Of a stretch of 64,000 bases of DNA, positions 42,484 through 51,922 are shown one piece after another. This DNA comes from Minisyncoccota bacterium (GTDB lineage Bacteria > Patescibacteriota > Minisyncoccia > Phycocordibacterales > UBA2100). Both the position numbers and the translations under genes were made by a program. Under the pieces are notes generated by a model. The model was not told the origin of the DNA and made no database searches. It saw only the letters and a program-made list of their open reading frames with translations. The stretch spans positions 112,840 to 176,839 of the forward strand of contig DASSSZ010000005.1 in assembly GCA_035708165.1 (NCBI GenBank). The letters run 5' to 3'. Numbering within the stretch: the first letter of the stretch is position 1; every line of letters starts with the position of its first letter.

Positions 42484-42557
42484 TGTCGGGGGTGGGGCAT
42501 GATCCCACGACCTTAGCGTTATGAATGCTACGCTCTAACCAGCTGAGCTACCCCGAC
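42484..42557 (-). tRNA. tRNA-Met (elongator) or tRNA-Ile2, anticodon CAU
   Basis: Reverse complement has a fully paired acceptor GTCGGGG/CCCCGAC, anticodon loop TTCATAA and T-arm GTGGG-ATCATGC-CCCAC (unusual T-loop). Confidence 0.7.
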
Positions 42558-42755
42558 AAATGAGGAGCGAGGTAAATGTACCACAGTTACCTCCTCCGAA
42601 CGCCACCGGGGCGCGATGCTCTTGCTCCGGCCCCTCAGGAACAGATTGAGAATACCAATTCCTCGCCTCTTTCTCAAATAGGCTCTCTATTGACTGGGAC
42701 GCTTCTGCGCTGCATAACGAAGACGGATACGGAGATCCGAGAGAGGGGATTCAGC

Positions 42756-43325
42756 ATGGAGAAAAACGGTTTCTTGCGCACCATCAGAAGAGTGCCGCCA
42801 GGCTCTCAAGTGGAGCTGATCCAGCTCTGGCATGGCGATCGTCCGGTTGCGGAAGTCACGGTGCCGCACGGCCGGGAGCGGGATTTTGCGGCCATTGCGG
42901 ACGCGTTACGCCAGCTACAGACCGCGGGGTTCCATTTCCTGCCACTTGCTAAGGCGGATGCTACGGTGTCCCGCTGCTTCGTCTCGCACGAGAAGGATCT
43001 GGTGCAGAAAGCACTCGAGGCGGCGCGCCGCGGCGATCACCGGCAGTTCGGAGAGATGATGGGATTCCCGGCTTCCGCGATCGATGCGTTCGTGCACAAG
43101 GAAGCGATGCTTTCTGAGGAAGACATCAGTGCTTCGATCGGGTTTAGGAATTGGCATTTCCATCTGCGTTTCGCGAAAGCACATCCGGAAGACATGCACG
43201 CGTACCTCGCCCGGGGCTACGCGCACCTGCTCGACGATGCGCCTGATCTCATGCTCGACATGCTCCCGAAGGAAGAGGATCCGCGTGCGTACCTCGCGTC
43301 CGTCAGGCAATTCGTCGGCGCGTGA
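42756..43325 (+). CDS. hypothetical protein
   Basis: ATG at 42756 is preceded by GAGAGGGGA. 189 aa. No recognisable motif. Local GC is somewhat below background. Confidence 0.45.
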   Translation: MEKNGFLRTIRRVPPGSQVELIQLWHGDRPVAEVTVPHGRERDFAAIADALRQLQTAGFHFLPLAKADATVSRCFVSHEKDLVQKALEAARRGDHRQFGEMMGFPASAIDAFVHKEAMLSEEDISASIGFRNWHFHLRFAKAHPEDMHAYLARGYAHLLDDAPDLMLDMLPKEEDPRAYLASVRQFVGA

Positions 43326-43363
43326 TCATGTCTGTTGCAGAGGCCGCTTCAAAGCGGCCTCTT

Positions 43364-44401
43364 CTATTTCTTGGGAAGCACCAGCATCCCGTCGCCGAAG
43401 GAGAAGAAGCGGAAACCGTGCTGCTTCGCGAGCTCATAGAGCTCGAAGAGCTTCGCCCGGCCGATCATGGCTGCCACGAGCATGAGAAGGCTCGACTTCG
43501 GCACATGGAAATTGGTCATCAGGCCATCGGCTGCTCTGAATCCGTACCCCTCGCGGATGAAGAGCCGGGTCGAAGCGGAGCCGGCCTCGATGCGGCCGCT
43601 TGCATCTGCGGCGGACTCGATCGTGCGCAGCGCCGTCGTGCCGACGGGGATCACCGGGCGGCCTTCGGCCTTCGCGCGGTTGATCGCGTCAGCTGCCTCA
43701 CGCGGTATCTCGTAGCGCTCCTCGTGGAGCTGCCCGGTCGCGAGCGCCTCATCCGTGAGGGGAAGGAACGTGCCGAGGTTCACATGGAGCGTGACGAACG
43801 CCGTCTCGATCCCGGCATCGGCAAGCTTCTGCAGGAGCTCTGGCGTGAAGTGGAGCGACGCCGTGGGCGCTGCGATCGAGCCCTCGGCGCGCGCGAAGAC
43901 GGTCTGGTAGCGCGTCCGAAGCGCATCCTCGGAGAGCGGCGTCTTCTTGAGATAGGGCGGGATCGGCGTCCTGCCGTTCTCCTCGAGGATGCGCGCGAGG
44001 CTGCCGCTCGCCTTGAAGCGGTAGCGGCCGGCGGTATCGATCACGGTGAGCGTCTCGGCGCCGACTGAAAGGACTTCATCCAAGGCGAGCTTCTTGTTCG
44101 TGAGCGCAGTCGCGGTGTCCGTGCTGAGGTCGAGCTCGGTCATGAGCACCTCGACCGTGCCGCCGGTCGCGCGGGTCGCGAAGATGCGGGCAGGGATCAC
44201 CTTCGTGTCATTGAAGACGAGGAGCGCCCCGCGCGGGAGATAGCGGGGCAGGTTCGCATAGGTGTCGTAGCGCGCAGAGCCGTCCTCGGGCGAGTAGACG
44301 AGGAGCTTCGCGGAATCGCGCGGCTCGGCAGGGGAGAGGGCGATCTGCTCGTCGGCGACCTCGTAGTCGTAGAGCGCGAGGAGCTGCTCGAGAGGAGTCA
44401 T
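43364..44401 (-). CDS. queA: S-adenosylmethionine:tRNA ribosyltransferase-isomerase QueA
   Basis: 345-aa protein with the QueA N-terminal LYDYEVADEQIALSPAEPRD and conserved core. Confidence 0.9.
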   Translation of the reverse strand: MTPLEQLLALYDYEVADEQIALSPAEPRDSAKLLVYSPEDGSARYDTYANLPRYLPRGALLVFNDTKVIPARIFATRATGGTVEVLMTELDLSTDTATALTNKKLALDEVLSVGAETLTVIDTAGRYRFKASGSLARILEENGRTPIPPYLKKTPLSEDALRTRYQTVFARAEGSIAAPTASLHFTPELLQKLADAGIETAFVTLHVNLGTFLPLTDEALATGQLHEERYEIPREAADAINRAKAEGRPVIPVGTTALRTIESAADASGRIEAGSASTRLFIREGYGFRAADGLMTNFHVPKSSLLMLVAAMIGRAKLFELYELAKQHGFRFFSFGDGMLVLPKK

Positions 44402-44410
44402 GGCGAAATG

Positions 44411-45559
44411 CTAGAGCTCGTCGTTGCCGATGCGCTCCCGCAATTCCCGTGCGAGCGCATTGAAGCGGAAGACGTTGTGCATGGAGAGGAGCATCGCGCC
44501 CGATGGCTCGTGCGCGTGCACGAGGTGCGCGATGTACGCGCGCGAATAGGTCGTGCAGACCGGGCAGGCGCACGCTGGGTCGAGCGCGATGTGCGTCGCG
44601 GCAGGTTCGCGATGGATCGCCTTGCCCATGTCGAGGCGGCCCTCGCTCGTGAAGGCCGTCCCGTGCCGGGCGTAGTGCGTGGGCGTAATGCAATCGAACG
44701 TATCCGCGCCGCCTCTCGCGATGTAATCGAAATCCTCCGGGTGCCCGACGCCGAGGAGGTGCCGGGGTTTCCCGGCCGGCAGGGCATCCGTGACGACCTT
44801 CGCCATACGCTCGAGCGACTCCTTGTCGTAGCCGAATTCGCCGCCGATGCCGAAGCCGGAGAATCCTTCCATCGCGCCGATCACCTCGGCGCTCTGCCGG
44901 CGCAGCTCGGGGACGCCGCCGCCTTGCACGATCCCGTAGAGGGCCTGATCGGTCGCTTTGGCTGCAATGCACTGCGCGGCCCAGCGATGGGTCTTCTCGA
45001 GGGACTGCTCGAGGTACGCCTGATCCGCGAGCGGCGAAGGGCACTCATCGAAGGCGAACATGATATCCGAGCCGAGCGCTTCCTGGATCGCGATCGATTC
45101 TCTCGGGCCGAGGAACAGCTCGCGGCCATCGAGAGGCGAACGGAAGAAGACGCCCTCTTCGGTGATCCGCACGCGCCGCGGCTGCGCGCCGGCAGCGAGC
45201 GTCTTCTGACCCTCTTCCTGGAGGATCTTGCCCATGCCGTGATCCATGCCGAATCCCATGCTGAAGACCTGGAAGCCGCCCGAGTCCGTGAGGATCGGCT
45301 TCTCCCAGCCCATGAATGCATGCAGGCCGCCCGCCTCCTTCACGAGCGCTTCGCCCGGCGTGAGATGCAGGTGGAAGGTGTTGCAGATGAGGAGCTGCGT
45401 GCCGAGTTCGGCCGCTCGCTCGCTCGGGATAAGCCGCACCGAGCCGCGAGTCGCGACCGGCACGAACGCGGGCGTCTCGATAGCGCCATGCGGCGTCTCG
45501 ATGACGCCGAGCCGCGCGTTCGAGCGCGATGATTGCTTGAGGATCTTGAATGAGATCAT
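44411..45559 (-). CDS. tgt: queuine tRNA-ribosyltransferase Tgt
   Basis: Start MISFKIL at 45559. Zinc-binding CxCxxC...H near the C-terminus. Conserved catalytic Asp region (LICNTFHL...). Confidence 0.9.
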   Translation of the reverse strand: MISFKILKQSSRSNARLGVIETPHGAIETPAFVPVATRGSVRLIPSERAAELGTQLLICNTFHLHLTPGEALVKEAGGLHAFMGWEKPILTDSGGFQVFSMGFGMDHGMGKILQEEGQKTLAAGAQPRRVRITEEGVFFRSPLDGRELFLGPRESIAIQEALGSDIMFAFDECPSPLADQAYLEQSLEKTHRWAAQCIAAKATDQALYGIVQGGGVPELRRQSAEVIGAMEGFSGFGIGGEFGYDKESLERMAKVVTDALPAGKPRHLLGVGHPEDFDYIARGGADTFDCITPTHYARHGTAFTSEGRLDMGKAIHREPAATHIALDPACACPVCTTYSRAYIAHLVHAHEPSGAMLLSMHNVFRFNALARELRERIGNDEL

Positions 45560-45694
45560 GGCCGTAGCATACACAGCGCGGCGGTGCTTGGCGAACCCTA
45601 GGCCTGCTCGCGCTGCGAGGCGCTGCCGTTTCCGCAAGAGAGGAGTGCCCTGCGGTTGAGCGTGCTGCGTTCGTATAGTATCCTACCCCGCAGC

Positions 45695-45767
45695 GCCATC
45701 TTAGCTCAGTAGGTAGAGCACGCCCATGGTAAGGGCGAGGTCCCCGGTTCGATCCCGGGAGATGGCT
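45695..45767 (+). tRNA. tRNA-Thr, anticodon GGU
   Basis: GCCATCT-TA-GCTC..GAGC-A-CGCCC-ATGGTAA-GGGCG-AGGTC-CCCGG-TTCGATC-CCGGG-AGATGGC-T. Confidence 0.9.
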
Positions 45768-45800
45768 CCCGGCCGCGATGCCGTGCTAGTATCGTGGCAC

Positions 45801-45873
45801 GCCACCTTAGCTCAGTTGGTAGAGCGACGCACTCGTAACGCGTAGGTCCCCAGTTCAATCCTGGGAGGTGGCT
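45801..45873 (+). tRNA. tRNA-Thr, anticodon CGU
   Basis: GCCACCT-TA-GCTC..GAGC-G-ACGCA-CTCGTAA-CGCGT-AGGTC-CCCAG-TTCAATC-CTGGG-AGGTGGC-T. Confidence 0.9.
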
Positions 45874-45950
45874 CAAAGAGATTCATCAGATCCATTCGCT
45901 CCGATTCGGAGCTCCAGGGGTGGAGGGTGATGCGAGCGCGCGCAGCATCG

Positions 45951-45997
45951 CCCACTCGTACCTCACGGTGCCAGTTCAATCCTGGGAGGTGGCTCAA
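45951..45997 (+). pseudogene. partial tRNA-Thr(CGU) duplicate (anticodon-loop-to-3'-end fragment)
   Basis: cccactcgtacctcacggtgccagttcaatcctgggaggtggctcaag. The last 27 nt are identical to the 3' end of the intact tRNA ~100 nt upstream. The 5' part is degenerate. Confidence 0.6.
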
Positions 45998-46042
45998 GTG
46001 GAGAAGGCGCCTGCGGCACCTTTCTGAGTTGGTATACTGCCT

Positions 46043-47230
46043 TTGATGGATGTGCACGAGGAAGCGCGCGAGGTCCTGCGGAGGAACCGCCGCACCACGA
46101 GCGGCCACCAGTACACGGTCCCCGCACCCGATACGTACCCGTACCAGTGGCTGTGGGATTCGTGTTTCCACGCGATCGCGCTCGCGACATTCGAGCCTGA
46201 AGCGGGGGCGGCTGAGCTCCGCTCGCTCGTCACGAAGCAGTTCGAGAACGGGATGATCCCGCACATGATCTATTGGGAGCCGAGCCCGCTCTACGATTTC
46301 GCCTGGGGCACGAGCGGGACGAGCGCACTGACCCAGCCGCCGATGCTCGCGTATGCCGCGCGAGCAGTCGCCGATCGGCTGCCGGACGGGCACGCATTCC
46401 TCGAGGAGCTCTTCCCGAGCATGATCGCGTTCTACCGCTTCCTCGTGGATAAGCGGGATCCGCGCGATCATCACCTGATCGGCATCATCAATCCGGATGA
46501 GTCCGGCGAGGACAACTCGCCGCGCTTCGATGCGATCCTGCACGTGCCGCCGGATATCGCGCTTGCCGATCACCTCAAGCGCCGCCTCGAGCTCGTGGAT
46601 GCGAACCGGACGTGCAACTTCGATGCGGAGCGCTGCATGCGCAAATACTTCTGGGCGAAGGACGTGCCCTTCAATGCGATCATGATCGAGAACCTGCGCT
46701 CGCTCGAGGGGATCGCCCGCGAGCTTGCCCGTGAGGATGACGCGCGCTTCTGCGCGCTCAATGCCGACCTCATCGCGCGCGCCATGCACGACCTGCTGTT
46801 CGCCGACGGCATCTACTGGTCCGCGAAAGGCATCGATTACGAGAAGCTGCGCGTCGCGACCTGGGCGCATTTCGCGCCGCTCTTCGCCGGCCTGTACTCG
46901 CCGGACGAGGCCCGGTGCCTCATCGAGGAGCATTTCACTGATGAGACGACGTTCCGTTCGCCATGGGGGATCCGCACCACCTCGGCGAAGGAGCCGTCGT
47001 ACCGGCCCGATGGATTCTGGCGGGGCCCGGTGTGGATGGCGCCGCACTGGTTCATCTATCATGGCCTCATCCGCTACGGATTCAACGATGAGGCGGCATG
47101 GATCCGTGAGCGCAGCGAGGCGCTGCTCGCGCACTCAGGATTCCGCGAATATTTCGACCCGGAGACGGGGCAGGGATGCGGCGCGCACGACTTCACGTGG
47201 GGGGCGTTGATTCTTGCTATGATGAGCTGA
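46043..47230 (+). CDS. GH63-like glycoside hydrolase (alpha/alpha-toroid; mannosyl-/glucosyl-glycerate hydrolase or debranching-type)
   Basis: YQWLWDSCFHAIAL, FENGMIPHMIYW and ...GFWRGPVWMAPHWFIYHGL are motifs typical of GH63/GH37-type (alpha/alpha)6 hydrolases. Confidence 0.7.
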   Translation: MMDVHEEAREVLRRNRRTTSGHQYTVPAPDTYPYQWLWDSCFHAIALATFEPEAGAAELRSLVTKQFENGMIPHMIYWEPSPLYDFAWGTSGTSALTQPPMLAYAARAVADRLPDGHAFLEELFPSMIAFYRFLVDKRDPRDHHLIGIINPDESGEDNSPRFDAILHVPPDIALADHLKRRLELVDANRTCNFDAERCMRKYFWAKDVPFNAIMIENLRSLEGIARELAREDDARFCALNADLIARAMHDLLFADGIYWSAKGIDYEKLRVATWAHFAPLFAGLYSPDEARCLIEEHFTDETTFRSPWGIRTTSAKEPSYRPDGFWRGPVWMAPHWFIYHGLIRYGFNDEAAWIRERSEALLAHSGFREYFDPETGQGCGAHDFTWGALILAMMS

Positions 47231-47231
47231 T

Positions 47232-48155
47232 ATGGAAGGCGATGTGGAAGGACGGCAGCTGGCGTACCAGCCTCAAGTGGCGGGGCACGTCCAGCCGCAC
47301 GCGGCCGTCGTCGTAGGCGGCATGGGCGGCTCCGGGCTCGCGGGCCGCGCGGCGCAGTGGCTCGGGGTCCCGCACGTGCTGCGCCATGCCAGCTACGACC
47401 TGCCGCCGGCGCTGCCGCCGCACGCGCTCTACGTCGCGATCTCCTATTCGGGGAACACGGAAGAGACGCTCTCGTTCGCCGAGGCGGCCCTCGCGCAGCA
47501 CCTGCCGCTCGCGGCGATCACTGCAGGCGGGCGGCTCTCGCAGATGGCGGTGGAGCGGCAGCTGCCGCACGTGCTCGTGCCCGGCGGGATGGTGCCGCGG
47601 GATGCGTTGATCGCGCAGACCAAGGCGCTGGTCGCGCTGCTCGGCGCCTCGCTCGATTGGGATGCGCGCGATGAGCCGGCGCATGGCGCGATCACGACGG
47701 ATTCCGAACGGCTCGCCCGCGCGCTTACGGGGAAGGTCCCGCTCGTCTACGCAGGCCCAGGCAGCGAATTCCTCGCGTATCTCTGGAAGACGACGCTCAA
47801 CGAGACGGCGAAGGTGCCTGCGTTCAGCAATGTCTTCCCGGAGTGGAATCACAACGAGCTGCAGGGGATCGACCCCACGGGTCCCTTAGGACAGGCGATA
47901 CCGGTCGCGCCGGTCATCCTCGAGTCCGAGCAGGACGACTCGCGCATCCGTCACCGCATGGAAGCATTCGCACGCGTGTTCGTCGAGCACGGGGGAGCGG
48001 AGCCGCTGGTGATCCCGCCGCCGGTCGCGCCGCGGGCAGGGACATTCATCTACCATTGGGCGCTCGCTCGCGCTGTCGCGCACGCGCTCGCAGCCCGCTA
48101 CCATGCGGACCCGGATGCGACGCCCCTGATCGAGGCATTCAAGAAGGAACTCTGA
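47232..48155 (+). CDS. SIS-domain bifunctional phosphoglucose/phosphomannose isomerase-like protein
   Basis: VVVGGMGGSGLAG...YVAISYSGNTEETL is a SIS-domain pattern. 307 aa. Confidence 0.7.
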   Translation: MEGDVEGRQLAYQPQVAGHVQPHAAVVVGGMGGSGLAGRAAQWLGVPHVLRHASYDLPPALPPHALYVAISYSGNTEETLSFAEAALAQHLPLAAITAGGRLSQMAVERQLPHVLVPGGMVPRDALIAQTKALVALLGASLDWDARDEPAHGAITTDSERLARALTGKVPLVYAGPGSEFLAYLWKTTLNETAKVPAFSNVFPEWNHNELQGIDPTGPLGQAIPVAPVILESEQDDSRIRHRMEAFARVFVEHGGAEPLVIPPPVAPRAGTFIYHWALARAVAHALAARYHADPDATPLIEAFKKEL

Positions 48156-48156
48156 T

Positions 48157-48957
48157 ATGGCGAAGATCGTATTCGACATCGGCGGGACGAACATGCGCGT
48201 AGCGCGCTGGCAGGACGGCGCAGTCGCGGACGCGCACAAGGAGCCGACGCCGCGCGGGCGCGAAGCGGGCCTCAGCAAGCTTCTCGAGCTCGCCCGCGCG
48301 ATCGCAGGCGAGGAGCCGATCGAAGCCGTGGCCGGCGGCTTCGCCGGCGTCATCGGCCCGCGCGGCACCATCCTGCATTCCCCGCACCTGCCGGGCTGGG
48401 AGGGCTGTTCGATCGCTGATGCGTTCGTGCCGCTCGCCGAGCGCGTCTCGGTCACGAATGACGCCGCGGCAGGCGCACTCGGCGAAGCCGTTTTCGGCGC
48501 AGGCAGCGGGAGCCGCGTGGTCGCGTATGTCGCGATCGGCACCGGCGTCGGCGGTTCGCGCATCGTGGACGGCCAGGTAGACTCGCCTGCGCACGGCTTC
48601 GAGCCCGGGCATCAGATCGTGGAGGTGAGCACGGACTCCACGCTCGAGTCGCGCGTCTCGGGGAGCGCCATGACTGCGCGGTATGCCATGCATCCCTCGC
48701 TCCTGCCGCGCGAGGCGTACGATGGCGCGCTGCCGTACCTCGCGGCAGGCCTGTCCAACATCCTCATGCTCTGGTCGCCCGATATGCTCGTCCTCGGCGG
48801 CTCGATGATGAACGAGGAGAACGGCTATCGGCTCGCGGATATCACGGCGGCGGTCCGTGAGCTCGCCCTGCCGCACATCGAAGTGCCGCCTATCGCGAAA
48901 GCGGAGCTCGGCGACCAGGCCGGCCTCTACGGCGGAGGCGTGCTATTGCAGCGATAA
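48157..48957 (+). CDS. ROK-family sugar kinase (glucokinase-like)
   Basis: N-terminal IVFDIGGTNMRVA and the ROK core. 266 aa. Confidence 0.8.
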   Translation: MAKIVFDIGGTNMRVARWQDGAVADAHKEPTPRGREAGLSKLLELARAIAGEEPIEAVAGGFAGVIGPRGTILHSPHLPGWEGCSIADAFVPLAERVSVTNDAAAGALGEAVFGAGSGSRVVAYVAIGTGVGGSRIVDGQVDSPAHGFEPGHQIVEVSTDSTLESRVSGSAMTARYAMHPSLLPREAYDGALPYLAAGLSNILMLWSPDMLVLGGSMMNEENGYRLADITAAVRELALPHIEVPPIAKAELGDQAGLYGGGVLLQR

Positions 48958-49000
48958 GCGTACGCGTGCTATACCGCACGGAGCACTCACGGAGGCTCGC

Positions 49001-49228
49001 ATGATCGTACTGCAGCTCTTCTTGCCGGACGGCACGCCCATCACCGATGGCTCCCATGCCGTCATGAACCTTCTGATCGACGTGCCATCCGAAGCGTTCG
49101 AGTGCGGGGACTATCCAATCGAGATCAATGGATACCCGTACCGGTTCCGCGCCATCCGCAAGAACGCCTTCCTCGATGATTCCGGCGAGGTGCTCGATGT
49201 GATCGAGCTCGTCAAGAAGCCGAACTGA
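49001..49228 (+). CDS. hypothetical small protein (75 aa)
   Basis: ATG at 49001 is preceded by CGGAGG. A terminator-like hairpin gcgccctcgggcgcg follows at ~49240-49256. Confidence 0.4.
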   Translation: MIVLQLFLPDGTPITDGSHAVMNLLIDVPSEAFECGDYPIEINGYPYRFRAIRKNAFLDDSGEVLDVIELVKKPN

Positions 49229-49316
49229 CAGCAGCTGCGCCCTCGGGCGCGGCTTTCGCATCGGTTATGCACGTATCGCGGTTGCGGCGCACGCAGCCGT
49301 CCTGCAGTATCAAGGC

Positions 49317-50486
49317 ATGCACCGCGCGCGCCAGCACCCCTTCCTCGCAGCCGCGCTCGGCATGCTCTGCGTACTGCCGTTCCTCGCTGCCATGCCGCAA
49401 CGGGCGGTCGCGGCCGATCTCTCGCTTCCGCAGCTCGTCTCGCTCTTCATCTCGCTGGGGATCATCCCGGCAGAGAAGGCGGATGCAGCGCGCGCAGCGA
49501 TCGCACGCATGGGCGCCGGGAGCGGGAGCGCCGCGGCGTGCGCGGATATCTCGCATGCGCTCAGCCTCGGCTCGACCGATGCGGCGACCAGCGGCGATGT
49601 CTCGGCGCTCCAGCGGCTCCTCACGCAGACCGGCGACTATGCGTACCGCACGATCACCGGCTACTTCGGCCCGGTCACGCAGCAGGCGCTCGAGCGCTAC
49701 CAGGCGCGGCTCGGCATCGTCTCTGCCGGCTCGCCGGCGACGACCGGGTACGGCCGTGCCGGCCCTGCCACGCGACGCGCGATGCGCTGCGCGGCCGCAG
49801 GCACGGGGAGTGCAGCCGTGCCCGGCTCGAGCGAGGCATCAACGCTGCCCGGCAGCTCCGCGGCGGCATCATCTACCGCAGCGGCATCCACGGCATCCGC
49901 GACCATCGATGACGTGCCGCTCTCGGTCGAGACCGGCGACCTCATCCTGACCGGCTCGGCCACCGGGACCGCATCGCTCATCCCCGTCATCATCCCGGGA
50001 TCGTACGATGGCCCGACGAACTGGCTTTCGATCGGCGGCGTGCTCTCGGGGCAGAGCCACGGCGAGCTCGACGGCACGTCCGTCTATGCGTTTACCGTCC
50101 CGGTCGTCGGCGGCCGCTGGTTCACCTACTTCACGGGCCTTCTGCCGGGCGCGTACGACGTGCTCGTCTATGATGCGCTCCCGGCATCGCACCCCTTGGT
50201 CACGACGGGCGAGGTCACTATCGCAAGCGCGACGAGCACGAGCGCGACCTGCACGCTCAGCCCGAGCGCGACGACGACATCGGTCGGCACTCCCTTCACG
50301 CTCGCCTGGACGAGCGACGGCGTGGAGGCGCCCATCCTCTATGAGAACGACGCCCAGGTGGTCTCCGCGCGCGAGATCCCGGCGGATGGCTCGCTCCCGT
50401 ACCAGGACTCGCAGCCGACGGTGCACGTGTTCGGCATCGGCGACACCCACTCGGTTTACTGCCACGCGACTGTCTCTACGCGCTAG
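49317..50486 (+). CDS. secreted protein with a putative peptidoglycan-binding (PG_binding_1-like) domain
   Basis: Signal peptide LAAALGMLCVLPFLAAMPQRAVAA. GDVSALQRLLTQTG...GYFGPVTQQALERYQARLGI resembles PGRP-type PG-binding repeats. Ser/Thr/Ala-rich beta domains follow. Confidence 0.5.
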   Translation: MHRARQHPFLAAALGMLCVLPFLAAMPQRAVAADLSLPQLVSLFISLGIIPAEKADAARAAIARMGAGSGSAAACADISHALSLGSTDAATSGDVSALQRLLTQTGDYAYRTITGYFGPVTQQALERYQARLGIVSAGSPATTGYGRAGPATRRAMRCAAAGTGSAAVPGSSEASTLPGSSAAASSTAAASTASATIDDVPLSVETGDLILTGSATGTASLIPVIIPGSYDGPTNWLSIGGVLSGQSHGELDGTSVYAFTVPVVGGRWFTYFTGLLPGAYDVLVYDALPASHPLVTTGEVTIASATSTSATCTLSPSATTTSVGTPFTLAWTSDGVEAPILYENDAQVVSAREIPADGSLPYQDSQPTVHVFGIGDTHSVYCHATVSTR

Positions 50487-50525
50487 TCCTGCTATACTGC
50501 CGGTGGAATCGCACAGGGGGATCCC

Positions 50526-50948
50526 ATGCTCTCGCAGTATCTTTTCCTCGGCGTAGCCGTGGTCGGGCTCGCATTCGCCAGCTCGTTCGTGATGACAATC
50601 CGGTTCGGCCGCGCGCTCGCCGTCCCGGGACGCCAGATGCGCACCGACGCCCATCGCCGATGGGCGAGCATGACCGTCGCGGCGCTGATCGCATTCGTGC
50701 TCGCCGCGGAGGCGTTCGCGGATCTCGGCGGCATGGCGCGATCGTTCGACCAGCCGGTCTTCTGGGTGCACCTTCCGAGCGCGCTGCTCGTGGCCGTGCT
50801 CCTATTCACGCTGCGCATGCGCTACACGGGGCTCGCGAGCCCGCGGATGCACCGCGTGCTCATCTATTGGCTCCTCATCCCGGCGTTCGTCGTGATGTGC
50901 GCGACCGGCATCGTGCTGTTCGTGCCGATCACGGGCCAGCTCTTCTGA
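50526..50948 (+). CDS. hypothetical 4-TM membrane protein
   Basis: 140 aa with four hydrophobic segments. A terminator-like hairpin gccgcgcctccgggcgcgg follows at ~50966-50984. Confidence 0.45.
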   Translation: MLSQYLFLGVAVVGLAFASSFVMTIRFGRALAVPGRQMRTDAHRRWASMTVAALIAFVLAAEAFADLGGMARSFDQPVFWVHLPSALLVAVLLFTLRMRYTGLASPRMHRVLIYWLLIPAFVVMCATGIVLFVPITGQLF

Positions 50949-51006
50949 CAGGCTTCCCAGCCACAAGCCGCGCCTCCGGGCGCGGTTTTGCTATACTGGC
51001 AGCATC

Positions 51007-51906
51007 ATGCCGGGCAAGGAGGAGCTGGAAGCGCGCATCGCTGCGATCGAATCGAGCATGTCGCAGCCCGACTTCTGGAACGACAAGGAGCGCGCGCAGG
51101 CGGCGATCCGCGAAATGCAGGACCTCAAGGCGAAGCTCGAAGGCGCTGATGCGTACGACAGGGGCAACGCCATCATCTCGATCATGAGCGGCGCCGGCGG
51201 GGATGATGCGGAGGATTTCTCCGCGATGCTCTACCGCATGTACCAGAAGTACGCGGAAGCGCGCGGCTGGACGACTGCCCTCATCCATGAGAATACGAAC
51301 GACCATGGCGGCTATCGCAACGTCTCCTTCGAGGTCGCCGGGAAGAATGCGTACGGCACGCTGCGGAACGAATCCGGCGTGCATCGCCTGGTGCGCGTCT
51401 CGCCCTTCAATGCGCAGGCGAAGCGCCAGACCAGCTTCTCGATGGTCGAAGTGGTCCCGGTCCTGCCGCCCCTCGGCGATATCGAGATCGATGAGAACGA
51501 TCTCGAGGTGGAATTCTCCCGCGCCGGCGGCAAGGGCGGCCAGAACGTGAACAAGGTGGAGACAGCCGTGCGCCTCACGCATGCGCCGAGCGGCATCACC
51601 GTGCGCGTCACGAGCGAGCGCAGCCAGCAGCAGAACCGCGAGCGCGCGCTCCAGATGCTGCGCGGGAAGCTCTACCGCAAGCAGGAGGAGGACCGGCAGA
51701 GGCAGGCACGCGGGCTCTCGCCGGCCTCCGGCACCTCGATCGAGTGGGGGAATCAGATCCGCAGCTACGTCCTGCACCCGTACAAGCAGGTGAAGGACCA
51801 CCGCACCGAGTACGAGAGCCACGATCCCGATGCGGTGCTCGAGGGCGATCTCCAGGGGTTCATCGATGCGGAGCGGAGCTTGGACGGCTCCGAACGTGGG
51901 GTATAA
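51007..51906 (+). CDS. prfB: peptide chain release factor 2 (short form, no programmed frameshift)
   Basis: SPF tripeptide motif ([16 protein letters not shown]) and GGQ ([10 protein letters not shown]). Only 299 aa, with a truncated N-terminal domain 1. There is a direct ATG start and no CUU-UGA-C frameshift site. Confidence 0.85.
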   Translation: MPGKEELEARIAAIESSMSQPDFWNDKERAQAAIREMQDLKAKLEGADAYDRGNAIISIMSGAGGDDAEDFSAMLYRMYQKYAEARGWTTALIHENTNDHGGYRNVSFEVAGKNAYGTLRNESGVHRLVRVSPFNAQAKRQTSFSMVEVVPVLPPLGDIEIDENDLEVEFSRAGGKGGQNVNKVETAVRLTHAPSGITVRVTSERSQQQNRERALQMLRGKLYRKQEEDRQRQARGLSPASGTSIEWGNQIRSYVLHPYKQVKDHRTEYESHDPDAVLEGDLQGFIDAERSLDGSERGV

Positions 51907-51922
51907 TAGGCAACGCGTTCCT

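Noticed and set aside
42484-42557. Possibility that this CAU tRNA is the lysidine-dependent tRNA-Ile2
   Set aside because: The window already encodes a dedicated UAU tRNA-Ile for AUA, so an elongator Met identity is more parsimonious. This cannot be settled without identity-element analysis, so it is kept as Met/Ile2 ambiguous in the feature list.
43322-47134. ORFs antisense to queA, tgt and the GH63 gene (43322-44068 +, 44408-45532 +, 45812-47134 -)
   Set aside because: Shadow frames. The 45812-47134 ORF also runs through two tRNA genes.
51007-51100. Possible RF2 programmed frameshift site
   Set aside because: I looked for a short upstream ORF ending in CUU UGA C. None is present. The gene starts directly at an ATG after a terminator hairpin.
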